Source: Mobula hypostoma (Eukaryota). Taken from it: 64,000 nt of DNA. Shown in pieces: positions 63,595-64,000 of the stretch. Location: the NCBI RefSeq assembly GCF_963921235.1, contig NC_086097.1, forward strand, positions 204,106,001 through 204,170,000, given 5' to 3'. A program made the translations under genes and the position numbers. The notes beneath the pieces are model-generated. The model had not been told where the DNA came from. It saw only the letters and a list, made by a program, of their open reading frames with translations, and did not search any database. Each line of letters starts with the position of its first letter. Position 1 is the stretch's first letter.

Positions 63595-64000
63595 CCATAA
63601 GACCACAAGACATAGGAGCAGAATTAGATCATCTGGCCCATCGAGTCCGCTCCGCCATTCAATCATGGCTGATCCTTTTTCCCCTCCTTAGCCCCACTCC
63701 CTATGCTTCTCCCCATAACCTTTGACGCAATGTCCAATCAAGAACTTATCAAGCTCTGCCTTAAATGCACCCAATGACCTGACATCCACAGTGGCCTGTG
63801 GTAACAAATTCCAGAAATCCACCACCCTCTGGCGAAAGAAATTTCTCTGCATCTCTGTTTTAAAAGGACACCCCTCTATCCTGAGGCTGTGCCCTTTTAT
63901 CTAAGACTCCCCCACCACAGGAAACAGCCTTTCCACATCTACTCTGTCCAGGCCTTCACCATTCAAAATGTTTCAATGGAATCCCATCTCATCCTTCTAA
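63595..64000 (-). mobile_element. CR1 3' end, running off the window
   Basis: Same tail family as 57718 and 55683. Confidence 0.85.

Overview
Repeat-dense vertebrate genomic DNA. The mix of CR1, Rex1/Babar, Penelope and V-domain SINE repeats points to a cartilaginous fish, probably a ray (inference). One host gene is recognisable: a small spliced PPDPFL (C8orf22)-like gene on the + strand, with a CpG-rich promoter at ~39.8-40.6 kb and coding exons at 40514-40571, 42893-42976, 43065-43158 and probably 46600-46609. The rest is largely decayed, often nested transposons: a full-length frameshifted hAT element, a Tc1 element, a non-autonomous Helitron, MITEs, a solo LTR, and many CR1, Rex1 and Penelope fragments. 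Two things stand out. (1) A Gypsy LTR element has lost its RT/RNase H/integrase core and carries in its place an intronless fragment of the host splicing-factor gene RBM25. (2) About 20 dispersed ~100-150 bp Penelope-terminal repeats have a consensus that folds as a minimal type I hammerhead ribozyme, and several of them are arranged as inverted fold-back pairs.
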